Of a stretch of 64,000 bases of DNA, positions 8,940 to 19,616 are shown piece after piece; positions within the stretch are counted from its first letter, which is position 1; every line of letters begins with the position of its first letter. Position numbers and translations under genes: made by a program. Below the pieces are notes generated by a model. That model was not told where the DNA came from and did no database searches. It worked only from the letters and a program-made list of their open reading frames with translations. This DNA comes from Alistipes sp. (lineage in GTDB: Bacteria > Bacteroidota > Bacteroidia > Bacteroidales > Rikenellaceae), in contig JAGBTQ010000002.1 in the NCBI GenBank assembly GCA_017631275.1, forward strand, positions 3,680 to 67,679, written 5' to 3'.

Positions 8940-9965
8940 ATGCAGAGAAATAGACTACATACAATGCTCTTTGTGCTCCTCGCTTTGTTGAGCCTTATGG
9001 CGGCTTTTGCCGACATAATGTTGGGTACAACGAGTATTCCTCTTAGCGAGGTGTGGGCGGTGATTGTGGGAAGCTCTGAGAACGCGAACTACATAAAAAT
9101 CATCACCGAGCTACGCCTGCCAAAGATTATCGTGGCGCTTTTGTCGGGCATGGCACTCTCGGCAAGTGGCTTGCAGATGCAGACAATGTTTCGCAACCCT
9201 CTGGCAGGCCCCTACGTCTTGGGTATCAACTCGGGCGCAAGCCTTGGCGTGGCACTCTTCACCTTGGCGCTACCCATGCTTAGTGGCGTGTCGGGCACGA
9301 TGTTTATGCGTCTGGGTATCACGGGCGTGGCGTGGATAGGCTCGGCAGCGGTGCTCATGCTTGTTATGGTATTGTCGCGTAAGATAAAGAGTGTCAGCAC
9401 AATACTTATCATTGGCATGATGCTTGGCTCGGCAATATCTGCTATTGTGGGCGTGCTTCAGTATATGGGTAGCGAGGAGTCATTGAAGACATTTGTGGTG
9501 TGGACAATGGGTTCGCTATCTACTGTGACCATGGCAGATATTTCGATATTTGCGCCTATTATTATCGTGGGTCTTGTGCTCGGCATTGTGGCTATTAAGT
9601 CGTTGAATATGTTGCTCTTAGGCGAGGGATATGCCCGCACCATGGGCCTTAATGTGCGTCGCTCACGCATCATCATCTTCCTCTCTACGACGCTCCTTGC
9701 TGGCACCGTTACCGCCTTTTGCGGTCCTATCGGTTTTATCGGTCTTGCCATGCCTCACCTTGCCCGCATGACCTTCCGCACTGCCGACCACCGTGTGCTC
9801 ATGCCAGCAACGATACTATGGGGCGCACTGTCGATGTTGTTGTGCTGCCTTCTCACCGACCTTGTGGCGCACCATAGCATGATACTTCCGGTGAATACCA
9901 TCACAGCGCTACTCGGCGTGCCTATCATCATATTTGTTGTAATGCGTAACCGTAACCGCCAATGA
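8940..9965 (+). CDS. FecCD/BtuC family ABC permease
   Basis: LRLPK, QTMFRNPLAGPYVLGI and GPIGFIGLAMPH motifs. Confidence 0.93.
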   Translation: MQRNRLHTMLFVLLALLSLMAAFADIMLGTTSIPLSEVWAVIVGSSENANYIKIITELRLPKIIVALLSGMALSASGLQMQTMFRNPLAGPYVLGINSGASLGVALFTLALPMLSGVSGTMFMRLGITGVAWIGSAAVLMLVMVLSRKIKSVSTILIIGMMLGSAISAIVGVLQYMGSEESLKTFVVWTMGSLSTVTMADISIFAPIIIVGLVLGIVAIKSLNMLLLGEGYARTMGLNVRRSRIIIFLSTTLLAGTVTAFCGPIGFIGLAMPHLARMTFRTADHRVLMPATILWGALSMLLCCLLTDLVAHHSMILPVNTITALLGVPIIIFVVMRNRNRQ

Positions 9966-10717
9966 TTCAGCTAAGTTATATATCGCTTGCCTTTGGTGAG
10001 CGTACCTTGATAGATGGTGCTTCAACACATTTTAAGTGTGGTGAGATGGTTGCGCTACTCGGTCGCAACGGCACGGGAAAGAGTACTCTATTGCGCGCCA
10101 TTGCCAAGCTCGGCGAGGTGGCTAAGGGCGATATTATCATAGATGGCAAGGCTATCGCAGATATCGACATCCGCACCTTCGCACGCCTTGTGGCATTCGT
10201 AAATACCGAGCGTGTAGATATCGACTCGCTGAGTGCCTACGACCTTGTGGCGATAGGTCGCTCGCCATATACCGACTGGATGGGTCGCCTAACTAAGCGC
10301 GATAGGGAGATTATCGAGCGCTCAATGCAGATTACGGGTGTTGATAAGCTTGCCGATCGCATGGTAGAAACACTGTCTGACGGTGAGTGCCAGAGAGTTA
10401 TGATTGCTCGCGCCTTGGCACAAGATACCCCCGTTATTCTGCTCGACGAGCCTACGGCATTCCTCGATCTGCCCAACCGCTACGAGCTATGTACGTTGCT
10501 TAGCCGCCTGGCGCATGACGAGGGTAAGCTCATCTTGTTCTCGACCCACGAGCTCGACATAGCCCTTACGTTGGCCGATAGCATAGCCCTTGTCGATACT
10601 CCTCGCCTGGTGCACATGCCTACCACCGAGATGATATCGTCGGGTAACCTCGAGCGTCTGTTCAATAGCGAGCATATCTCGTTTGATGCCTCGACAAAGG
10701 CGATAAAATTGCGCTAA
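9962..10717 (+). CDS. ABC transporter ATP-binding protein (BtuD/FecE-like)
   Basis: GRNGTGKST, LSDGECQ and LLDEPT motifs. Confidence 0.93.
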   Translation: MIQLSYISLAFGERTLIDGASTHFKCGEMVALLGRNGTGKSTLLRAIAKLGEVAKGDIIIDGKAIADIDIRTFARLVAFVNTERVDIDSLSAYDLVAIGRSPYTDWMGRLTKRDREIIERSMQITGVDKLADRMVETLSDGECQRVMIARALAQDTPVILLDEPTAFLDLPNRYELCTLLSRLAHDEGKLILFSTHELDIALTLADSIALVDTPRLVHMPTTEMISSGNLERLFNSEHISFDASTKAIKLR

Positions 10718-10845
10718 AAAAGCCCTAAAAATGTTAATATATAGCGAGATATTAAATTTTTCGTAGAAACATTTTGCCAAATAGAAAATTTTGTGTACCT
10801 TCGCACCGCTAAATTGCTCACATTATAGATGGGCATTAGTGGTAT

Positions 10846-10917
10846 GGTCCGTTCGTCTATCGGTTAGGACACAAGATTTTCATTCTTGAAAGACGAGTTC
10901 GACTCTCGTACGGACTA
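10846..10917 (+). tRNA. tRNA-Glu (TTC)
   Basis: Acceptor GGTCCGT/ACGGACT, anticodon arm CAAGA-TTTTCAT-TCTTG, TTCGACT T-loop. Confidence 0.96.
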
Positions 10918-11103
10918 CACTTGGGGCGTTACTCCGCATGGAGTGGTGCTTGCGGTTAAGATTAGATTTTAGGAGCGGGCCATGAGCCTATCCGAAAGCG
11001 GCTACGGCCGTTGATGAGCCCTCCGACAAGGCTACTCGCAGAGTGAAGAGTCGGAAAACAAAGAGAAACATAAAAAAGTAAAAATAAAAAAAGATTTAAA
11101 ACT

Positions 11104-11355
11104 ATGGCAAATCACAAGTCATCGAAGAAGAGAATTCGTCAGACAGTTACAAAGCGTGCTCACAACCGTCTTTACCACAAGACAACTCGTAACGCTGTAA
11201 AGGCATTGCGTAACACTACAGAGCGTAGCGCAGCAGAGGCATTGCTTCCAAAGGTAAGCTCAATGTTGGACAAGTTGGCTAAGACTAACATTATCCACAA
11301 GAACAAGGCTGCTAACCTTAAGAGCTCACTCGCATTGCACGTTAACGCATTGTAA
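11104..11355 (+). CDS. rpsT: 30S ribosomal protein S20
   Basis: [14 protein letters not shown]...[12 protein letters not shown]. Confidence 0.97.
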   Translation: MANHKSSKKRIRQTVTKRAHNRLYHKTTRNAVKALRNTTERSAAEALLPKVSSMLDKLAKTNIIHKNKAANLKSSLALHVNAL

Positions 11356-11380
11356 TTTTTTGTGATAACCACAAAGAAGA

Positions 11381-11413
11381 GATAGCCCAGACTTTTGTCT
11401 GGGCTATTTTTTT
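11381..11413 (+). terminator. rpsT terminator
   Basis: ATAGCCCAGAC-tttt-GTCTGGGCTAT followed by a T tract. Confidence 0.85.
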
Positions 11414-11507
11414 GTCCCCATACTGAGGCATTAGATAGGGTAGATAGTAAAAAAACAGGACCACCCTTAAAGAGTAGTCCCGTCGATATGAAGTTTTAAA
11501 GGTCTTC

Positions 11508-12923
11508 TTAGTTTTTGTTGAGAATGATGCGGTCGATCTCCTCGATCTGCGCCTTGAATGTCTTGTCGATATCCATCGCATCGGCAACAGCCTTGCAACT
11601 GTGGAGCACCGTAGCGTGGTTGCGACCACCAATCGACGAGCCGATAACCGTGAGAGGTGCCTTGGTGTGCTGCTTAGCCATGTACATAGCCACCTGGCGA
11701 GCCTGAGCCACATCGCGTGTGCGCTTTGCCGAGTTGAAGGTATCGAGGTCGATGTTGTAGTACTCGCAGACTACGTTCACGATATGCTCGATAGTAATCT
11801 CGCGCTGTGTGAGCTTCACGTATACCTTCAAGATATCCTTAGCAAGCGAGATTGTAATCTTGCGGTTAAGGAACGAAGCGTTAGCCACGAGCGATGATAG
11901 TGCACCCTCAATCTCACGTACGTTTGCCGAGATGTTCTCCGCGAGGTAGCTTACAACCTCCTCAGGGATGTTGGCACCCATGCGCTTAGCCTTGGCACGA
12001 ATAATCTTTACCTTGGTCTCGTAGTCGGGCACATTGAGGTATGCCGACAAGCCCCACTTAAAGCGGGTGAGCAGACGCTGCTCGATATCCTTGAGCTCTA
12101 CTGGTGGCTTATCCGATGTGAGAATAAGCTGCTTGCCGCCGAGGTGAAGGTGGTTGAAGATATTGAAGAAGGCATTCTGAGTACCTGTCTTACCCGTGAG
12201 CTCCTGGATGTCGTCGATGATAAGCACATCGACCATCTGGTAGAACTGGATAAAGTCGGTAATCTCGCCATTCTTGTATGCTGTCTGGAACTGCGCCTGG
12301 AACTTGTTCATAGATACGTAGAGTACCTGAAGCTCAGGGTGGCGCTGACGCACCTCGTGGCCAATAGCCTGCGCAATATGTGTCTTACCCAAGCCCGAGT
12401 CACCATATATATATAGTGGGTTGAAGGCGTTGTTTCCGGGGTTTACTGCCACAGCCATACCCGCCGAGCGTGCCAAGCGGTTGCACTCACCCTCGATATG
12501 GTTGTCGAAAGTGTAGTTATGGTTGAGCTGAGGGTCAAACATCATGCGACGAATGCCCGGAATTACAAAAGGATTTTTTATATTTGCAGTGTCGGTTGGC
12601 GCAGCATGCTGTGGGAGAGTAGATGTAGCTGTGTCGGTCGTAGGCTTTTGGCTACGAGGAATAGCATAGTGAATCTTGATGTTAGCACCGTAAAGCTCTG
12701 ATATGATGGGTAGTAGGATGCCCAAATATCGCTTCTCGATGTTGGCAACGAAGCTCTCGTTGGGTACACGCAGACTGAGATTCGCACCATCGAAGTTGAT
12801 AGGGCGGATAGGCTTGAACCACTTCACGATCTCCTCCTCGGTGATTGCACCGCGAAGACGATCAATGCAGTCTTGCCATACGTCGTTATATCTTTCGTTC
12901 TGCGTCATTTTTGTTATTAACAC
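11508..12923 (-). CDS. dnaA: Chromosomal replication initiator DnaA (alternative ATG start at 12908)
   Basis: NPLYIYGDSGLGKTH, LIIDDIQ, NVREIEGAL and GGRNHATVLHS motifs. Confidence 0.97.
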   Translation of the reverse strand: MLITKMTQNERYNDVWQDCIDRLRGAITEEEIVKWFKPIRPINFDGANLSLRVPNESFVANIEKRYLGILLPIISELYGANIKIHYAIPRSQKPTTDTATSTLPQHAAPTDTANIKNPFVIPGIRRMMFDPQLNHNYTFDNHIEGECNRLARSAGMAVAVNPGNNAFNPLYIYGDSGLGKTHIAQAIGHEVRQRHPELQVLYVSMNKFQAQFQTAYKNGEITDFIQFYQMVDVLIIDDIQELTGKTGTQNAFFNIFNHLHLGGKQLILTSDKPPVELKDIEQRLLTRFKWGLSAYLNVPDYETKVKIIRAKAKRMGANIPEEVVSYLAENISANVREIEGALSSLVANASFLNRKITISLAKDILKVYVKLTQREITIEHIVNVVCEYYNIDLDTFNSAKRTRDVAQARQVAMYMAKQHTKAPLTVIGSSIGGRNHATVLHSCKAVADAMDIDKTFKAQIEEIDRIILNKN

Positions 12924-13060
12924 TCTAAAGGTTCACTTCCAAATTGGGCGACAACTCCCCTGAAACAGTCCTATATGCTCTGTTTCAATGTGTTATCTTT
13001 TGCCTCGTTTTTTTTGGTTATCTCGCACCCACAATTAAGTGCGTTTTGACATTGCAAAGA

Positions 13061-13069
13061 TGTGGATAA
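13061..13069 (-). promoter_or_regulatory. Perfect DnaA box in the dnaA promoter region (likely autoregulation)
   Basis: TGTGGATAA (TTATCCACA on the minus strand) abuts a -7-like CATCTTTG element facing dnaA. Confidence 0.7.
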
Positions 13070-13254
13070 TTTTATTAAAATAACATTAAAAAATAGTTGC
13101 AAATTCCGAATTATTTACTATGGCTTTGTGGCACGAAAATTTCTGAAAATTTTTAATTAGCTGATAATGTATTATATGAAGAATTTTTAGTATATTTGCA
13201 TATTAGATTTTTAGTGGACGCAAGAAATAAACTATAAATAAAAATAATATTACT

Positions 13255-15000
13255 ATGGCAGACGTATTGGATAAGCAGGTGCTTGCAAAGGCTCAAGCAT
13301 GGCTAGATGGCGATTATGATGAGGCTACTAAGCAGGAGGTTAGAATGTTGATTGAGAACAACCCTAACGAGCTTGTCGAGAGCTTCTACAAAGACCTTGA
13401 GTTTGGTACTGGTGGCTTGCGCGGTATCATGGGTGTGGGTACTAACCGTATGAATATCTATACCGTAGGTGCTGCTACTCAGGGACTTGCAAACTATCTT
13501 AAGAAGAATTTTGAGGGCGAGCAGATTAAGGTGGCTATCTCGCACGACAGCCGTAATAACTCGCGCATGTTTGCCGAGCGTGTTGCCGACATCTTTGCAT
13601 CAAACGGCTTTATTGTCTATTTGTTCGACGCTTTGCGCCCAACACCTGAGCTCTCGTTTGCTATCCGCGAGCTCGGTTGCCAGTCGGGTGTTATGGTAAC
13701 AGCATCGCACAACCCTAAGGAGTACAACGGCTACAAGGCTTACTGGAGCGATGGCTCGCAGGTAACCTCTCCACACGACGTTAACATCATCGACGAGGTG
13801 TCGAAGATCACCGAGACAAGCCAGGTGCTCACAGGCAAGAATGCTGAGAATATCAACATCCTCGGCGAGGAGTTCGACAAGATCTATCTTGCCGCTATCA
13901 AAGACCTCTCGTTGTCGCCCGAGTCAGTGGCTAAGTACAACGACATGAAGATTGTCTATACACCGTTGCATGGTGCTGGCGTTAAGCTCGTGCCACAGTC
14001 GTTGCGCAACTACGGCTTTAATAATATTATATGTGTTGATGAGCAGATGGTTCTCGATGGCAACTTCCCAACTGTTGCATCGCCAAACCCTGAGGAGCGC
14101 AAGACCATGGCTATGGCTATCGAGCGTGCCGAGAAGGAGGGTGCCGACTTCGCTATGGCCACCGACCCTGATGCCGACCGTCTTGGTGTTGCCTTGCGCA
14201 CAGGCACGGGTGACTACGTGTTGCTCAACGGCAACCAGACACTCGTCCTCTTGATGTGCTACCAGCTTACTCGCTGGGCTGAGCTTGGCAAGATTACAGG
14301 CAAGGAGTTTGTCGTTAAGACTATTGTTACCTCAATGATGCCTGATGCTGTGGCTGAGCACTTCGGCGTTAAGTGCTACAACTGCCTCACCGGCTTTAAG
14401 TATATCGCAAAGATTATCCGCGAGCAGGAGGGTAAGACTAAGTATATCGGTGGTGGCGAGGAGTCGTTTGGCTATCTCCCTGGCGACTTCGTGCGCGACA
14501 AGGATGGTGTTGCTGCTATCACGCTCGTAGCTGAGGCTGCAGCATGGGCACGCGACACTATGGGTATCACCCTCTATGAGTGGTTGCAGCAGCTATATGT
14601 TAAGTATGGCTTCTTCCGCGAGGGCCTCGTGAACGTTGTTCGCAAGGGTAAGGACGGTGCTGCCGAGATTCAGCAGATGATGGTTGACTACCGCTCAAAT
14701 CCTCCTAAGTCGTTGCTTGGCTCACCAGTGGTTAAGATTCTCGACTATAAGACACTCGAGGAGATTGACCTTAAGAGTGGCGAGCGTAAGCCTATTGACG
14801 GCATCGACGAGAAGAGCAACGTGCTTCAGTGGCTCACCGAGGACGGCACAAAGGTATCTGTACGTCCTTCAGGCACCGAGCCTAAGATTAAGTTCTACTT
14901 CGGCGTGAAGGCTAAGCTCGAGTCTGTTGACAAGTTCGACGAGACGTTGGCGGCGCTTGATAAGAAGATTGAGGATCTTAAATTGGAACTCAACTTGTAA
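13255..15000 (+). CDS. pgm: Phosphoglucomutase/phosphomannomutase
   Basis: FGTGGLRG, TASHNP, DPDADR, GEES and RPSGTEPKIK motifs. Confidence 0.95.
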   Translation: MADVLDKQVLAKAQAWLDGDYDEATKQEVRMLIENNPNELVESFYKDLEFGTGGLRGIMGVGTNRMNIYTVGAATQGLANYLKKNFEGEQIKVAISHDSRNNSRMFAERVADIFASNGFIVYLFDALRPTPELSFAIRELGCQSGVMVTASHNPKEYNGYKAYWSDGSQVTSPHDVNIIDEVSKITETSQVLTGKNAENINILGEEFDKIYLAAIKDLSLSPESVAKYNDMKIVYTPLHGAGVKLVPQSLRNYGFNNIICVDEQMVLDGNFPTVASPNPEERKTMAMAIERAEKEGADFAMATDPDADRLGVALRTGTGDYVLLNGNQTLVLLMCYQLTRWAELGKITGKEFVVKTIVTSMMPDAVAEHFGVKCYNCLTGFKYIAKIIREQEGKTKYIGGGEESFGYLPGDFVRDKDGVAAITLVAEAAAWARDTMGITLYEWLQQLYVKYGFFREGLVNVVRKGKDGAAEIQQMMVDYRSNPPKSLLGSPVVKILDYKTLEEIDLKSGERKPIDGIDEKSNVLQWLTEDGTKVSVRPSGTEPKIKFYFGVKAKLESVDKFDETLAALDKKIEDLKLELNL

Positions 15001-15127
15001 TTTGTTGTGATAAGGGGTCGATTGCGGCCCCTAATAAAAAATCCCGACAATGAGCAGTACTTTGAGTACAGCCCATCGTCGGGATTTTTGCCGAGTGTAG
15101 CACTCGGCGCCCTTCTGACAACAAATT
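14999..15127 (+). repeat. ~130-bp structured intergenic element, copy 1 (B-type core)
   Basis: AATTTGTTGTGATAAGGG...CCCTTCTGACAACAAATT; overlaps the pgm TAA. Confidence 0.9.
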
Positions 15128-15365
15128 TATCTTGCTAATCGAGGTGGATTTTATGGGGAAAATGGGGTAGATAGGACTGTGATGTCTTCGCCTTATCGTC
15201 CTTATCGTCCTATCGTCCTAATCGTTCTAAACTCCCTATCTATCCCATTCGTCCCATTCGTCCCGCAAAAAAAATAATAATTTTTATGCTTTGACACAAC
15301 CTGTCAAAATAGGGTGGTTACTTTGCATCGTGAAACAAACAATAACCGATTAAAACCCTAAAGCT

Positions 15366-15575
15366 ATGAGCATAAATTTTACTATTGAGTGTCGCCACTG
15401 CGGAACACATACCATCGTCGAGAGCTACGCAAGTTGCAATACCATGCGAAGCCTAAACACAGAGCGAGAGATTCACATCGACACAGAGTGTGCCATACGT
15501 TGCCCAAACTGCCGCTCGCGCCTTAATAGTAGCGAGGCAGAGTTTCTAAGTCAGGTGAAGATGCTAAGGTCATAG
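15366..15575 (+). CDS. Small putative zinc-ribbon protein
   Basis: CRHC and CPNC pairs; own TACTTTG promoter-like element and A-rich translation start context. Confidence 0.7.
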   Translation: MSINFTIECRHCGTHTIVESYASCNTMRSLNTEREIHIDTECAIRCPNCRSRLNSSEAEFLSQVKMLRS

Positions 15576-15677
15576 TTTTTGCTTATCGTAGCATAGATAA
15601 AAAGTAAGGGCAATATTCGTAGAATTGGGAAAAAATAAGTAACTTTGAGTCATAAATAAATATAAGGAGTTACTACT

Positions 15678-16145
15678 ATGACAAATATAAAGGTAGGGGA
15701 GCAGATCCCACAGTTTAGATCAACAACAACAGAGGGCGCAACATTCACACTCGATGACATGAAGGGTTCGCCTACGGTGCTCTACTTCTATCCCAAGGAC
15801 AACACCTCGGGGTGCACGCTCGAGGCTAAGAGCCTCAGAGATGGCAAGGAGGAGCTTAAGCGCCGTGGCTATAAAATTGTGGGCGTGAGCCCCGACTCGG
15901 TGAAGTCGCACCAGAACTTCTGCTCGAAGCACGAACTTAACTTCACACTCTTGTCCGATGCCGACCACTCGCTGTCTGAGGCGCTGGGTGTATGGCGACT
16001 AAAGAAGATGTGTGGCAGGGAGTATATGGGCATTGTGCGCACCACATTCCTACTCGACGCTGAGGCACGAGTGACACATATTATAGAGAAGGTCGATACG
16101 AAGGATGCGTATGGACAGATCATCAAAATATTGGATAACAAATAA
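15678..16145 (+). CDS. bcp: Peroxiredoxin Bcp
   Basis: LYFYPKDNTSGCTLEA and VRTTF motifs. Confidence 0.92.
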   Translation: MTNIKVGEQIPQFRSTTTEGATFTLDDMKGSPTVLYFYPKDNTSGCTLEAKSLRDGKEELKRRGYKIVGVSPDSVKSHQNFCSKHELNFTLLSDADHSLSEALGVWRLKKMCGREYMGIVRTTFLLDAEARVTHIIEKVDTKDAYGQIIKILDNK

Positions 16146-16160
16146 ATAACGAAATATATT

Positions 16161-17180
16161 ATGGCTGAAAAGGTTCAGGTAAATGCCGACAAGCTAAAGG
16201 TGCTCTCGGCAGTGATGGATAAGATTGAGAAGGATTTTGGCAAGGGCTCGATTATGCGTATGTCGAGCGAGTCGGTTACCGACGTTCCTGTGATTCCTAC
16301 AGGCTCTGTAACCCTCGACATGGCACTCGGTGTGGGTGGTTACCCTAAGGGTCGTGTTATCGAGATCTTTGGTCCTGAGTCGTCTGGTAAGACAACATTG
16401 GCAATACATGCCATTGCCGAGGCGCAGAAGGCGGGTGGTATCGCAGCATTTATCGATGCTGAGCACGCCTTCGACAGCTACTATGCTCAGAAGCTCGGCG
16501 TAGATGTCGATAACCTCCTTGTGTCGCAGCCCGACAATGGCGAGCAGGCGTTGGAGATTGCAGACTCGTTGATTCGCTCAAGCGCCATCGACATCATCGT
16601 CATCGACTCTGTTGCGGCGCTCACACCAAAGGCTGAGATTGAGGGCGAGATGGGCGACTCGAAGATGGGTCTTCAGGCACGCCTCATGTCGCAGGCGTTG
16701 CGTAAGTTGACCGCATCTATCTCGAAGACAAAGACCGTATGTATCTTCATCAACCAGCTTCGCGATAAGATTGGCGTGGTGTATGGCAACCCTGAGACAA
16801 CAACAGGTGGTAACGCCCTCAAGTTCTACGCATCTGTGCGCATCGACATTCGTCGTGCATCGGTAATCAAGGATGGCGAGGAGCAGCTCGGCACACGCAC
16901 CAAGGTTAAGGTTGTGAAGAACAAGGTGGCACCTCCATTCAAGAAGGCTGAGTTCGACATCATGTTTGGCGAGGGTATCTCAAAAATCGGTGAGATTATC
17001 GACCTCGGCGTCGACTACGACATCATTCGTAAGTCGGGCTCATGGTTCTCGTATGGCGATAGGAAGATTGGTCAGGGCCGTGATGCCGTTAAGGAGGCGT
17101 TGCGCAACGATGCCGCACTGCGCGAGGAGATTGAGCTCCGCGTGCGCGATGCCATGAACGAGGCTAAGGAGCAGCGCTAA
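16161..17180 (+). CDS. recA: Recombinase RecA
   Basis: [16 protein letters not shown] and [10 protein letters not shown] motifs. Confidence 0.99.
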   Translation: MAEKVQVNADKLKVLSAVMDKIEKDFGKGSIMRMSSESVTDVPVIPTGSVTLDMALGVGGYPKGRVIEIFGPESSGKTTLAIHAIAEAQKAGGIAAFIDAEHAFDSYYAQKLGVDVDNLLVSQPDNGEQALEIADSLIRSSAIDIIVIDSVAALTPKAEIEGEMGDSKMGLQARLMSQALRKLTASISKTKTVCIFINQLRDKIGVVYGNPETTTGGNALKFYASVRIDIRRASVIKDGEEQLGTRTKVKVVKNKVAPPFKKAEFDIMFGEGISKIGEIIDLGVDYDIIRKSGSWFSYGDRKIGQGRDAVKEALRNDAALREEIELRVRDAMNEAKEQR

Positions 17181-17271
17181 CCACACCCCCTTTAGCACGA
17201 AATTTGCCATTCACGACTATCTAAAATAGGGTAGTCGTGATTTGGCGTATAATAATGTAAATAGGTATAGT

Positions 17272-19527
17272 ATGGAATACACACCCCATGATGAGGCGTT
17301 GATTGAGGCTAAGTGGCAGGAGCTCGTTGACGAGTGTCGCAAGCATAAAATATGCAAGCGTGAGGACGATTGGCAGTTTGTGCGTCGTGCCTACTTCCTT
17401 GCTAAGGAGGCGCATAAGGGTGTGCGTCGTCGCTCGGGCGAGCCATATGTTATCCACCCAATCGAGGTGGCGTTGATTGCCGTGAGGGAGATTGGCCTGG
17501 GCAAGAAGTCGGTGGTGGCAGCGCTACTGCATGACGTGGTCGAGGATACCGATTACACCGTCGAGGATATTGCGCGCATCTTCTCGCCAAAGATTGCCTC
17601 GATGGTAGATGGTCTTACGAAGATTGCGGGCGTGTTCAACTCGCAGAACTCCGAGCAGGCAGAGTACTTCCGCAAGGTGCTGCTCACGCTCTCGGACGAT
17701 GTGCGCGTCATAATCATCAAGATTGCCGACCGCCTACACAATATGCGTACACTGGGGGCAATGCCTCTCGACAAGCAGATAAAGATTACGAGCGAGACGA
17801 TATACCTCTTTGTGCCGCTGGCTTACCGTCTTGGTCTCCACTCCATAAAGTCGGAGCTTGAAGATCTATGCATGAAGTATCGCTTTCCAGAAGAGTATGA
17901 GGATATACGTCGTAAGATAGAGGAGACTGAGCCTGAGCGCCAACAGTATATCGAGCGCTTCATGGCACCAATCAAAGAGGTCTTAGATCGCAACGGCTTC
18001 CAGTACGAGATGAAGGCTCGTGTGAAGAGCATATACTCCATCTGGAACAAGATGCGTCGCAAGGAGATACCCTTCGAGGAGGTATACGATCTCTTTGCCA
18101 TACGTATTGTATTTAAGACACTACCATTCCCTTCGGAGAAGACACAGTGCTGGCAGGTGTACTCTTGCGTGACGGACATATATACGCCTAAGCCCGACCG
18201 CCTACGCGACTGGATATCTATCCCCAAGAGCAATGGCTACGAGGCGCTGCACTCCACCGTCATGGGCCCCGATGGTATATGGGTCGAGGTGCAGGTGCGC
18301 ACCGAGCGCATGGACGATATTGCTGAGCGAGGCTTTGCTGCACATTGGAAGTATAAGCATGCCTCAATAACACAAGAGGAAGATGGCTTGGATAAGTGGC
18401 TACGCAAGGTGCGTGAGGCGCTTAGTGGCAACACCGAGAATGCTCACGAGTTCTTGGACAACTTCAAGCTCTCGTTGTACAAGACCGACGTGGTGGTCTT
18501 CACCCCTAAGGGCGAGCCACAGACACTGCCTTATGGCGCTACGGTGCTCGACTTCGCCTACGAGATTCACACCAAGATTGGCAACCATGCCATAGGTGCT
18601 AAAATCAACCACCGCATAGCCCCCGTGTCGGCACGCCTAAATAGTGGCGACCAGATTGAGGTTATCACAGCCGAGAATGCTCACCCCAAGGCAGAGTGGT
18701 TAGACATGGTCGTTACGAGCAAGGCTCGTCAGGCGATATCTGACTTTCTGAAGGGCGAGCGCCAGAACAACATAGAGTACGGCATGCAGCTGCTTAGCGA
18801 CCGCCTTGCCGAGCATAACGTTATGCTCAGTGGCCGTGTTTTGCGCAAGCTCATGCCGGCGTACAACTGTCTAAATAAGGACGAGCTTTATAGCAAGATT
18901 GGCGCAGGAATTATCCAGCTCGACAACCTCGAAAAGCTGCTTAAGGAGAACACCTCGCGCAAGATTTTGAAGTTCTGGAAGCTCTTTATTCCGGGCGTTA
19001 GTAGCGCGGAGAATGACGACGAAATAGATCTCGACGACGAGGCGTTATCGCTCGAGGAGCAGGCGGTAGAGGATCTCTCCGACCACCACTCCGAGGAGTC
19101 GGAGTTTACGATTGCCGAGTGTTGCGAGCCTATTCCTGGCGACAATGTCGTGGGCATTCGTGATCCTAAGACGGGGCGTATCGTTGTGCACAAGTCTAGC
19201 TGCGACACGCTCATTCGTCTTGCTGCGCAGCATGGCGAGAATATCATTCGTGACGAGATTCGTTGGTCGCAGCATAAGGCGGTATCGTACCTCGTTACAT
19301 TGGAGCTATACGGAATAGACCGTCCTGGCATCCTGCTCGATTTAACAAAACTTATCACAACCTACTTTAGCATAAATATGCGAGCAATAACGCTCCAGTC
19401 GCACGATGGCATCTTCGAGGGCAAGCTCAGCTTGTATGTGACCGACATCGACAGCCTTAACCGCCTGTTGGAGAATATGCGCAAGATTAAGGGAGTGGAG
19501 CAGGTGCGCCGTTTGCAGAATACATAG
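17272..19527 (+). CDS. relA: Bifunctional (p)ppGpp synthetase/hydrolase, RelA/SpoT family
   Basis: HD motif LLHDVVED, KIADRLHNMRT, PKSNGY, EVQVRT, AAHWKYK, then TGS and ACT regions. Confidence 0.95.
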   Translation: MEYTPHDEALIEAKWQELVDECRKHKICKREDDWQFVRRAYFLAKEAHKGVRRRSGEPYVIHPIEVALIAVREIGLGKKSVVAALLHDVVEDTDYTVEDIARIFSPKIASMVDGLTKIAGVFNSQNSEQAEYFRKVLLTLSDDVRVIIIKIADRLHNMRTLGAMPLDKQIKITSETIYLFVPLAYRLGLHSIKSELEDLCMKYRFPEEYEDIRRKIEETEPERQQYIERFMAPIKEVLDRNGFQYEMKARVKSIYSIWNKMRRKEIPFEEVYDLFAIRIVFKTLPFPSEKTQCWQVYSCVTDIYTPKPDRLRDWISIPKSNGYEALHSTVMGPDGIWVEVQVRTERMDDIAERGFAAHWKYKHASITQEEDGLDKWLRKVREALSGNTENAHEFLDNFKLSLYKTDVVVFTPKGEPQTLPYGATVLDFAYEIHTKIGNHAIGAKINHRIAPVSARLNSGDQIEVITAENAHPKAEWLDMVVTSKARQAISDFLKGERQNNIEYGMQLLSDRLAEHNVMLSGRVLRKLMPAYNCLNKDELYSKIGAGIIQLDNLEKLLKENTSRKILKFWKLFIPGVSSAENDDEIDLDDEALSLEEQAVEDLSDHHSEESEFTIAECCEPIPGDNVVGIRDPKTGRIVVHKSSCDTLIRLAAQHGENIIRDEIRWSQHKAVSYLVTLELYGIDRPGILLDLTKLITTYFSINMRAITLQSHDGIFEGKLSLYVTDIDSLNRLLENMRKIKGVEQVRRLQNT

Positions 19528-19616
19528 TGGCTTTTAGCTTGCTAGTAGGGGAGCTCGACGCAGAACGATTGAATACGAAAAATATATAAATATTTGACTA
19601 AAACTCAAACACGATT

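Noticed and set aside
11011-11058. Hammerhead ribozyme (TGATGA...GAAA)
   Set aside because: The core reads UUGAUGA instead of CUGAUGA, and the stem II closing pair before GAAA does not fit
12924-13254. oriC immediately upstream of dnaA
   Set aside because: Only one clear DnaA box is present among divergent promoters; the 20.0-20.65 kb gap has more boxes and is a better candidate, though neither is proven
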